A model generated the notes under the pieces. That model did no database searches. It saw only the letters and a program-made list of their open reading frames with translations, and was not told where the DNA came from. From a virus (Duplodnaviria > Caudoviricetes), in the IMG/VR virus record IMGVR_UViG_3300044759_000069, positions 1 through 34,269 of that record: a stretch of 34,269 bases of DNA; one strand, 5' to 3'. Of the stretch, positions 25,633 to 32,425 are shown one piece after another (the stretch's first letter is position 1; each line of letters starts with the position of its first letter). The position numbers and the translations under genes were made by a program.

Positions 25633-26850
25633 TTGCCTGTCCGATTGACGAAGAAAGTGGTCGATGCCGCGCGACGCACTGTATGGGATACCGACGTGCG
25701 CGGCTTCGGCCTGCGCGTGCGTTCGAGCGGCCGCCGGTTCTACACGCTGAAGAAAGGCACCGGACGCTCGGGCCGCGGACGATGGCTCACGATCGGCGAG
25801 CACGGCGCACCGTGGACGCCCGATCCCGTCACCGGCGCCAAGCGAACACTCACCGTGGATCTCGCGCGCGCGGAGGCCGTTCGCCTGATCGGAGAGGTCC
25901 ATGCGGGTCGCGATCCAGCGCAGGTGAGGCGCCAGGCGCGGGCCATGCCCACGCTGAGCGAGTTCGCGGCGAGGTACATCGAAGAGCATTCGGTGGTGCA
26001 TAAGGTGCCGGCGCAGGTCAAGGAAGAGCGCCGGCTCCTGGGGAGCACCATCCTTCCGAAGCTCGGCGCGCTGCGTCTCGACCAGGTGAGCCACACGCAG
26101 ATCGGCGAGTTTCATCGCGCGCGGCGCCACGTGAAGGTCAATGCGAACCGCTGCCTGACGCTGCTCTCCCACATGTTCAACCAGGCGCGCGCGTGGGGCG
26201 TTCTTCCGCGCGCCCACATCAACCCGTGCCTCGATGTGAAACGGTTCAAGGAGATGAAGCGCCGACGATTCTTGTCGCCCGAGGAGCTGCACGACCTCGG
26301 GGCTATCCTCGCCGGGCGCGCCACCATCACAGCGCAATTCATCCACCTGCTCTTATACACCGGGGCGCGACCGATCGAGCTCGCGCGCCTGAAGTGGTCC
26401 GATTTCCCGGGCGACCGCCTCGAGGCCGCGGTCATCAGGCGCAAGGAACGGGAGCTCGCCCTGTTCTTTCCACGACCCGCGCGCGAGATCCTCGAGGCGC
26501 GGAGGAAGGAGGCGGACCCCGATGCGCCATACGTGTTCCCGAACTTCAGGCACGCGAAGCGGAAGACGGGACACATGCGCGTGACGAGCGTTCAAAACGC
26601 GTGGTACGACCTCCGCGAGGCTGCCGGCCTCAAGGACGTGCGCCTCTACGATCTGCGGCACACGTTCGCATCGACGGGCCTGCTGGAGGGGCAGGATCTC
26701 AAGCGCATCGGGGACCTGCTCGGTCACTCGAATCCGCAGACGACGGACCGCTACGCGCATCTTGCCGCCGGTCACCTGCTCCAGGCCGCGGAAGACACGG
26801 CGGAGCGGCTATCGGCCGCACTCACGCGGCAGCCTGGTGCAGCACGGTGA
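25633..26850 (+). CDS. int: Tyrosine integrase with N-terminal arm-binding domain
   Basis: WDTDVRGFGLRVRSSGRRFY arm domain; catalytic TGAR, YDLRH, LLGH, TTDRYAH; GAGGAG SD before TTG. Confidence 0.96.
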   Translation: MPVRLTKKVVDAARRTVWDTDVRGFGLRVRSSGRRFYTLKKGTGRSGRGRWLTIGEHGAPWTPDPVTGAKRTLTVDLARAEAVRLIGEVHAGRDPAQVRRQARAMPTLSEFAARYIEEHSVVHKVPAQVKEERRLLGSTILPKLGALRLDQVSHTQIGEFHRARRHVKVNANRCLTLLSHMFNQARAWGVLPRAHINPCLDVKRFKEMKRRRFLSPEELHDLGAILAGRATITAQFIHLLLYTGARPIELARLKWSDFPGDRLEAAVIRRKERELALFFPRPAREILEARRKEADPDAPYVFPNFRHAKRKTGHMRVTSVQNAWYDLREAAGLKDVRLYDLRHTFASTGLLEGQDLKRIGDLLGHSNPQTTDRYAHLAAGHLLQAAEDTAERLSAALTRQPGAAR

Positions 26851-27173
26851 GCCGGCACGTTTCGGGACTTCTCCAGGATCTCTCGAATAACCTGGATACG
26901 GTTGACCGCGCAGAGCTGCCGGCCGTCCTCGGCCGCCTGGTCGAGCTCGAGGCCCGCGTGCGCCTGCGGCTCGCCGAGGTTCCGACCGCCGTTGCACCGA
27001 CCGCGGCCCGGGTGATCACCGGTGACGAAATGGCAACGATTGCCGGCACAAGTAAGCGCGACATCCTGGCGAAGACGCGCGGCATGCGGTTCCGATGCGA
27101 TCTCTCTCGGAAGCAGCCTCGGGCGCTCGAGGCCGAGTTCCGCCGATGGCTGACGGACAGACGCCGAGCATGA
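26847..27173 (+). CDS. Excisionase-like HTH protein (108 aa)
   Basis: GTGA overlap with int stop; C-terminal ITGDEMATIAGTSKRDI...LSRKQPRALEAEFRRWL resembles HTH_17/Xis. Confidence 0.7.
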   Translation: MSRHVSGLLQDLSNNLDTVDRAELPAVLGRLVELEARVRLRLAEVPTAVAPTAARVITGDEMATIAGTSKRDILAKTRGMRFRCDLSRKQPRALEAEFRRWLTDRRRA

Positions 27174-27201
27174 TCCGTCGTGAGCCTGCCCTGCCCAAAC
27201 C

Positions 27202-27473
27202 CTAAGCACCAGCCGGAGGGGCAGGCGCGATCTTCCGCCGGCGGCGTATCGTCTCGTCCTCCTCGGGCCCAGGCTTCGTGAACTCGTCCCATGCTCGAGC
27301 GAGGCACATACGGGATGATCGCGAAGGCGAGCGCCAGCGCCGTGCCCGAGGGCCTCCTGCGGTGCACCGGTCGCACGCATCAGCACGTAGCCGACCTGAA
27401 GCGCCGCGAGGCCTGCGCCGGCCAGCGTCAGCAACCAGAGCATTCGGCCGATGATCAGCGACAAGACGTGCAT
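27202..27473 (-). pseudogene. Two-TM membrane protein broken by two 1-nt insertions (or sequencing errors)
   Basis: GGAGG SD. Removing one base at 27345-27347 and one at 27307 joins three frames into an 89-aa ORF: ...ATGAPQEALGTALALAFAIIPYCLARAWDEF... Confidence 0.7.
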
Positions 27474-27574
27474 GGCCCACCTCCGCGGCGAGAAATCGGC
27501 GTAGATTTTTCGCGATCATCGCCACGGAATTTGGTCCGCTCTTCCTAATATCCCCGGTGGTATAGTCCGCGCCG

Positions 27575-27775
27575 TTGACGTTGACGGGCACCGAGCTGTG
27601 GAGCAGGAGGCTCCTAGCCGGCCTGACCCGGCGCGCGCTCGCGGGGGAACTAGGTGTTGACGAACGCACTATCTTGAGGTGGGAGAAGGAGGAGTATCCC
27701 ATCCCTCGAAAGAGAATCGAAGGCATCCTCGAGTTCTTCGCAGCACCACGCGTGCAGCAAGTAGGGCCGGCTTAA
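27575..27775 (+). CDS. XRE-family HTH protein (66 aa)
   Basis: LTRRALAGELGVDERTILRWEKEEYPIP; extended -10 TGGTATAGT at 27558-27566. Confidence 0.8.
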   Translation: MTLTGTELWSRRLLAGLTRRALAGELGVDERTILRWEKEEYPIPRKRIEGILEFFAAPRVQQVGPA

Positions 27776-27848
27776 TAGACGTATAAGAAAAGCGAACTGA
27801 TGGCGAATTAAATGTCGCGACAAAAATACATGTTGCGTGGAAAGACCC

Positions 27849-27877
27849 TTGCCAGGGAAACGGAAAGCGCGTATAAC
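27849..27877 (+). promoter_or_regulatory. Sigma70-like promoter convergent on the repressor gene
   Basis: TTGCCA (27849-27854), 17 bp, TATAAC (27872-27877); palindrome TGTCGCGACA at 27813-27822 upstream. Confidence 0.55.
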
Positions 27878-28108
27878 GCCGTAGCCTGAATCTCGGCGAC
27901 GACCATCGAGCCGGGCCCCACCTGTTCGCGCCATTCTCTTGCGCCTGAAGAAGACCCGACTCGACGGCGGCGCGGCGCCCATTTTGCGCGGTACGACGGG
28001 GGGGGGAATGGATGATGGCCCGATCCAACCGGACGCAACAGAAAGTTGATGTCGTGGCCGTTCGGGATGTGAAGCGTCTTTTGCTCGAGATCGTGGATGC
28101 GCTGAGAG

Positions 28109-28486
28109 CTACTCTTCGCGATTCGAATTGCGCGGAGGAGGAAGGTGAAGAGACGCCTTCATCATATCCGTCGACTTCACGAGCTCCTCAACCTGACGAG
28201 TCAGACGGCGAACGAGTCGCGGATCGACGCCGAGCGCCGGTTTCGGTGCGCCCGGACGCCCAAGGAGCCAATCGACGCTCACGCCGAGGGCGTCTGCCAG
28301 GCAAGCCAGGCGCCACCAATGAGTGAAGCTCGCATCTCGCAATCCCCATTGGGCAACTGCAGATCCGCTGATGCCTAATTTGTGGCCCAGCTCTCGTTGG
28401 CTTAAGCCGTTGGACTCCATCGCCTTCGAGATGCGGTCGTTCACGCCGTCAAGCCATTCATTACGCGGCGTTTGATCATTACTCAT
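28109..28486 (-). CDS. CI-like immunity repressor (XRE HTH, no S24 peptidase domain)
   Basis: RISKAMESNGLSQRELGHKLGISGSAVAQW...LADALGVSVDWLLGR; divergent from cro-like gene. Alternative start 28495. Confidence 0.85.
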   Translation of the reverse strand: MSNDQTPRNEWLDGVNDRISKAMESNGLSQRELGHKLGISGSAVAQWGLRDASFTHWWRLACLADALGVSVDWLLGRPGAPKPALGVDPRLVRRLTRQVEELVKSTDMMKASLHLPPPRNSNREE

Positions 28487-28493
28487 CAAGTCC

Positions 28494-28566
28494 ACCTTAG
28501 CGCGCCAACCTTAGCACACTAATTCATCCTTGACACGCGCTTGGCGCAGCGCCTAAAGTGCGCAGC
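28494..28566. promoter_or_regulatory. Divergent cI/cro promoter-operator region
   Basis: Rightward TTGACA (28530-28535), 18 bp, TAAAGT (28554-28559). Leftward TAAGGT twice. Dyads TTAG-CGCG-CCAA (28497-28508) and TTAG-CACA-CTAA (28511-28522). Confidence 0.7.
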
Positions 28567-28824
28567 GTGACTAAGCGATCCGGCCGGCCACTCAAGTCTT
28601 TCTTGGCGCGCCACGAGCTCTCCCAGGCCGACCTCGCCCGTGGCATCAAGAAAACCACGGCGTTCGTTGCGCTGCTCGTGAATGAGGAGTCGAGTCCGAG
28701 CCACGCCACGGCGTTCGATGTTCTCGCCTATCTCTCTCGGCGAGTTCAACGGCCGGTTTCGTTCGAGGAGATCTTCGGCGCACCACGGCGTTCGCGAACA
28801 ACGAGCAGAAGCCGCACGACCTAA
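28567..28824 (+). CDS. Cro-like HTH protein (85 aa)
   Basis: LKSFLARHELSQADLARGIKKTTAFVALLVNEESSPS...FEEIFG; first gene of the early operon. Confidence 0.82.
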   Translation: MTKRSGRPLKSFLARHELSQADLARGIKKTTAFVALLVNEESSPSHATAFDVLAYLSRRVQRPVSFEEIFGAPRRSRTTSRSRTT

Positions 28825-28885
28825 ACAGGCGCGGGTGTCCCGCGCGAGGCCGTAGGTGTCTCTTTCGGCAAGTTCGGAGGGCGAA

Positions 28886-29212
28886 ATGGAGATCGAGAAG
28901 CCGTTGGCGGAACAGCAGCGGGCAGGCCATCCCGACGCCCGTCACCGACGTGTACTTCCTGGGTGGCTGGACGACGTGCTGGCGGCGCGCGTGGCCCAGG
29001 ACGCGGAGCACGGCGGGCAGTCGCCGGCGCGGTGGCTCGTCGTCATCGCCGATTACCTCAAGGCGGCCTCCTACTTCAGCGCCGGGCCGCTCACCGTTGA
29101 CAGGGAAGAGGCGTATCGAACTTGCCTGGTGAAGATCGCGGCTCTCTCCGTCATCGGCATCGAGTCGATCGACCGCCGGGCGGCAAGGCGCGAAGCGAAA
29201 CGGGACCGCTGA
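28886..29212 (+). CDS. MazG-like all-alpha NTP pyrophosphohydrolase-fold protein, possibly degenerate
   Basis: GGAGG SD; RVAQDAEHG...WLVVIADY...RTCLVKIAALSVIGIESIDR pattern; the acidic metal-binding motif is not obvious. Confidence 0.5.
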   Translation: MEIEKPLAEQQRAGHPDARHRRVLPGWLDDVLAARVAQDAEHGGQSPARWLVVIADYLKAASYFSAGPLTVDREEAYRTCLVKIAALSVIGIESIDRRAARREAKRDR

Positions 29213-29559
29213 TGCCGCGCCGATCGTTTCCCGCGCGCGACAGGGGCGAGATCCAGGAAGACCTGGCGGCCGCCCGAGACCGGCCGATGTCTCATGAGCA
29301 ACGGAACGCACGGCGGAACGCCGAGATCCGCCGCCGCCTCGGCTGCCCGTACCTCTCGCCCGCCGAGGCCGCCGTCTACATCGGATGCAGCGAAAAGTCG
29401 CTCGCGGAAGCCCGGGTCAAGGGCAATGGACCCACGTACCGCGACCACTTCGGCATCGCCTATCACATCGACGACATCGAGGCCTGGTCGCTCTCACGTC
29501 GCCGCGTTTCCACCTCGGACCTGCCGGCCCAGGGCGCAGAGGAGATGAGAAAGAGATGA
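29212..29559 (+). CDS. AlpA/excisionase-like HTH DNA-binding protein
   Basis: YLSPAEAAVYIGCSEKSLAEARVKGNGPTY...YHIDDIEAW...RRVSTSD; TGATG coupling. Confidence 0.85.
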   Translation: MPRRSFPARDRGEIQEDLAAARDRPMSHEQRNARRNAEIRRRLGCPYLSPAEAAVYIGCSEKSLAEARVKGNGPTYRDHFGIAYHIDDIEAWSLSRRRVSTSDLPAQGAEEMRKR

Positions 29560-29849
29560 AATCCGGGGACGTCGTGCGCTACGTGCCAATGAACGCGGTC
29601 TGGGTCGTGGCCATCGTCGGGCCGGCGCCCGGAACACTCTCCCCAGTGGGCTGGCCCGATGTCGTCGCGCAGATCGCCGACTGCGAGCTGATCCGCGAGT
29701 GCACCGACGAGGAGTCGCTGGAGCATCTCCGACGCGTTGCGCAATTCGCGTTCATACGCTGCCACCGCTCCATCGCCCAGGCGCAGCTCATCGCGCACGT
29801 GGTCAAGGCGCGGGCCATGCCGCCGGCGAGCTCGGGGGCTGGCGAATGA
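29556..29849 (+). CDS. Hypothetical protein (97 aa), SH3-like start
   Basis: ATGA overlaps at both ends; MKSGDVVRYVP. Confidence 0.7.
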   Translation: MKSGDVVRYVPMNAVWVVAIVGPAPGTLSPVGWPDVVAQIADCELIRECTDEESLEHLRRVAQFAFIRCHRSIAQAQLIAHVVKARAMPPASSGAGE

Positions 29850-30208
29850 GCGCCGACGATGGCCACGCCCTCTGGAACATCGCGCTGACGTTCCTGGCGA
29901 TCGTCGTGGTGTTCGGCCTGCTCATCGCCCTGGCCTTGCTCGTGTTTGCCTGGCGTGGGTTCGACTCGACCACACCGCGCCAGCGGGAGCGTGACGCGAC
30001 GCTTGCGCCATCCGTCGATTCGATCGTCCGGGACTTCGCCCCGGCGCCGGGGTTCAGAGTTGTGACGCGAGCGACGCTCGTGCACCAGGTCATCCGGTTC
30101 CCCGACGGAGCAATCGTCGAGGAGTTCGCTGACGAGGCGCTGGCTCGCTGCGTGCGCGAGCAGCTCGAGCTCGGAAGGATGCGTGCACGTCGGGATTCAG
30201 GTTCGTGA
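29846..30208 (+). CDS. Single-TM membrane protein (120 aa)
   Basis: ATGA overlap; long hydrophobic stretch LWNIALTFLAIVVVFGLLIALALLVFAW. Confidence 0.72.
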   Translation: MSADDGHALWNIALTFLAIVVVFGLLIALALLVFAWRGFDSTTPRQRERDATLAPSVDSIVRDFAPAPGFRVVTRATLVHQVIRFPDGAIVEEFADEALARCVREQLELGRMRARRDSGS

Positions 30209-30460
30209 GGCGCGGCTGGGCCTGGCCCGGCCCGGCTGGGCCTGGCAAGGCGGGGCGACGCGTGGCCTGGCGCGGCTGGTCTGGGCACGGCAGGCGTGAC
30301 GTGGTTCGGCGAGGCGTGGTCGGACGTGGCTTGGTCCGGCAAGGCGGTCGAGATGAGGCGCGGCCGGGCGCGGTCGGGTAGGACGCGGTCGGGCCTGGCC
30401 GGATGCGGCCGGGATTGGCATGGCTGGGCCAGGCGAGGCTTGGCTTGGCAGGCGAGGCGG
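30209..30460 (+). repeat. GGY-NN pentamer array 1 (putative guide RNAs; units of 16, 10 and 20 pentamers)
   Basis: Starts right after the upstream stop codon. Strict 5-nt phase broken only by GGCA (30289), GGCG (30343) and GGCA (30447); 37 of 46 triplets are GGY. Confidence 0.9.
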
Positions 30461-30610
30461 CGATGAAGCTGACAAGCGTGGTGATCACGATGGAAGCGCC
30501 CGATGAGAGGGACCCGGACTTCGGACTGCCGCCGAAGATCTGCAGCAGTTTATCGACCACGAAAGGCGATATCCAAAAGCGCCCTGAGCGGCGCACTGAA
30601 GGAGATGCGA

Positions 30611-31375
30611 ATGGTTGCCAAAAAGAAGACTGAAGAGTCCATCGACATCATGGAAATGACGCAGGGCAGGTTGACGGTGCGCCTGCTAGGGAAGACGCCG
30701 CTCGTTCTCAATGCGATGTCGAAGAAGATCATCGAAGGCCTTCTGCTGCCCTCGAAGAAGAACGCGGCCGAGCGAGCGGCCACGCTCAAGCACAACCCTC
30801 CTGAAGAGTATCGGTCGAGCGTCTACCGGTCCATGACGAACGATGCACCCACACGCATCGTGTTTCCCTCGGTGGCGTTCAAGGCCGCATTGGCCGACGC
30901 CGCGAAGGACATCCCCGGCGCGGCGAAAGCCCAGATCGGACGACTCACCTACGTCGAGGGCGACACCGTGTCGATCTACGGAATCCCGCAGATCTCGATG
31001 ATGGTGACTCGCATGGCCGACATGAACCGTACGCCAGACGTGCGTACGCGCGCGATCGTTCCGGAGTGGGCGTGCGAGTTCAGCCTCACCTACCTGACAC
31101 CGATCCTGAAAGAGATCACGGTCGTGCGGCTGCTGGCCGCTGCCGGGCTCATGCGTGGCGTCGGTGACGGGCGACCCGAGAAGGGCAAGTTCAGCTATGG
31201 CCAGTTCGAATTGGTCGGCAAGGACGACAAGCGCTGGGACGCAATCGTCAAGAAGGGCGGCCGAGATGCGCAAGACAAGGCGCTGGCCGACCCGCAGCCC
31301 TACAACAGCGACACGTTGGCGTTGCTGAAGTGGTGGGCGTCGGAGTCGGAGCGGCGCGGTTTCAAGATCGCGTGA
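30611..31375 (+). CDS. Solitary RAMP / Cas7-like RNA-binding protein (Vipr-like, 254 aa)
   Basis: AAGGAG SD; beta-1 LTVRLLGKTPLVLN; FPSVAFKAALADAA helix; VRTRAIVPEWACEFSLTY; Gly-rich loop AAAGLMRGVGDGRPEKGKFSYGQFEL, the motif order of RAMP proteins. Confidence 0.75.
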   Translation: MVAKKKTEESIDIMEMTQGRLTVRLLGKTPLVLNAMSKKIIEGLLLPSKKNAAERAATLKHNPPEEYRSSVYRSMTNDAPTRIVFPSVAFKAALADAAKDIPGAAKAQIGRLTYVEGDTVSIYGIPQISMMVTRMADMNRTPDVRTRAIVPEWACEFSLTYLTPILKEITVVRLLAAAGLMRGVGDGRPEKGKFSYGQFELVGKDDKRWDAIVKKGGRDAQDKALADPQPYNSDTLALLKWWASESERRGFKIA

Positions 31376-31382
31376 GGTTCGA

Positions 31383-31415
31383 TGCCGCGTCGAGACTCGC
31401 GCTCTCGGCGCGGCA
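31383..31415 (+). other. 13-bp stem-loop leading into array 2
   Basis: TGCCGCGTCGAGA-CTCGCGC-TCTCGGCGCGGCA (one G-U pair), followed by ACAC-GGCA and no U-tract. Confidence 0.8.
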
Positions 31416-31419
31416 ACAC

Positions 31420-31533
31420 GGCAGGCACGGCCGGGCTTGGCCAGGCGTGGCCAGGCGCGGCGTGGCGTGGCCGGGCGAGGCGTGGCGTGGTCCGACGCGG
31501 CTTGGCACGGCAAGGTGAGGTGAGGTGAGGTGA
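31420..31533 (+). repeat. GGY-NN pentamer array 2 (GGCA plus 22 pentamers)
   Basis: 21 of 22 triplets are GGY; ends in (GGTGA)x4, which supplies the SD of the next gene. Confidence 0.9.
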
Positions 31534-31537
31534 ATCG

Positions 31538-32047
31538 ATGAGAACAGAGCAGGAACGTCAGGCCGCAGAACTCGCGCTCCAGCAGCTCGAGCGCGATGGC
31601 CGGCTCACGCCGGAAGACGTGCTGAACGCGGCGGAGGACCCGTCGAGTCCGCTGCACGGGTGGTTCGACTGGAACGACGACACTGCGGCGCACAAGTACC
31701 GGCTCGAGCAGGCGCGCATGCTCATCCGGACCATCACCGTGGAGATCACCACCGAGAACAGGGTGTTGAAGTGCGTGAGGTACGTGCGTGACCCGAAGTC
31801 GGCCGGCGATGAGCAGGGTTACGTCTCCCTGCCGGAGTTGAGGCGAAGTCCGGACGAGGCGGCTGCGCTGCTGGTGTACGAGCTCGAGCGGGCGGAGAGC
31901 ATCCTCGGGCGCGCGGAGCTGTTGGTCGAGGTGCTCGCCCGAGAGGCCGAGACGGACCCGACGATTCAACCGCGGTTGGGCCGGCTGCGGCGCGGTGTGA
32001 CGAAGCTCGCGAAGAAGGTCAGGACGGAGACGCAACCGACGGCGTGA
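31538..32047 (+). CDS. Conserved phage protein partnered with the RAMP-like gene (169 aa)
   Basis: LTPEDVLNAAEDPSSPLHGWFDWNDDTAAHKYRLEQARMLIRTI motif; lies exactly between arrays 2 and 3. Confidence 0.8.
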   Translation: MRTEQERQAAELALQQLERDGRLTPEDVLNAAEDPSSPLHGWFDWNDDTAAHKYRLEQARMLIRTITVEITTENRVLKCVRYVRDPKSAGDEQGYVSLPELRRSPDEAAALLVYELERAESILGRAELLVEVLAREAETDPTIQPRLGRLRRGVTKLAKKVRTETQPTA

Positions 32048-32050
32048 TGC

Positions 32051-32404
32051 GGCAGGCGTGGCGTGGCAGGGCCCGGCGTGGCAAGGCAGGGCGGGGCCTG
32101 GCGCGGCAAGGCAGGCGGGGCAAGGGAAGGCCCGACCTGGCTGGGCAAGGCTCGGCAAGGCAGGTGAGTCCCGGCCTGGCATGGCGCGGCGAGGCCTGGT
32201 CGGGCGCGGCGAGATGCGGCAGGCGTGGACTGGCGCGGCGCGGCATGGCCTGGCAGGGCATGGCAAGGCAAGGCAGGCGAAGCGTGACTTGGCAGGGCGC
32301 GGCGCGGCACGGCTTGGCCGGGCAGGCGTGGCAAGGCGTGGCGAGGCACGGCGCGGTTTGGCTGGGCGCGGCGAGGCCGGGCACGGCGCGGCGAGGTAAG
32401 ACGT
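32051..32404 (+). repeat. GGY-NN pentamer array 3 (six GGCA-delimited units of 11, 9, 11, 10, 9 and 16 pentamers)
   Basis: GGCA at 32051, 32110, 32159, 32218, 32272, 32321; 58 of 66 triplets are GGY and the rest differ by one base. Confidence 0.92.
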
Positions 32405-32425
32405 TTCGTGACGGGGAGGTTGACC

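Noticed and set aside
26641-26661. Integrase inactivated because HxxR reads YDLR
   Set aside because: Tyr at this position occurs in other tyrosine recombinases, and the catalytic Arg, Arg, His and Tyr are intact.
28509-28516. Contiguous match TGCTAAGG between array 1 unit A dinucleotides and the cI promoter region
   Set aside because: Only 8 nt with non-matching flanks; expected by chance.
30463-30633. 56-aa ORF MKLTSVVITMEAP... between array 1 and the RAMP-like gene
   Set aside because: Only a weak SD, no recognisable motif, and it overlaps the next gene; left uncalled.
31383-31415. Intrinsic terminator after the RAMP-like gene
   Set aside because: No U-tract on either strand; the stem leads directly into the array.
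30209-32404. Canonical CRISPR array or cas operon
   Set aside because: No 23-47 bp identical repeats with unique spacers, and no cas1, cas2, cas3 or cas10-like genes.
30209-32404. Simple microsatellite or G-quadruplex-only explanation for the arrays
   Set aside because: NN positions are diverse while the triplet is fixed, units are delimited, and the tracts occur only around the RAMP-like gene. Two-tier G4 formation is possible but does not explain this.
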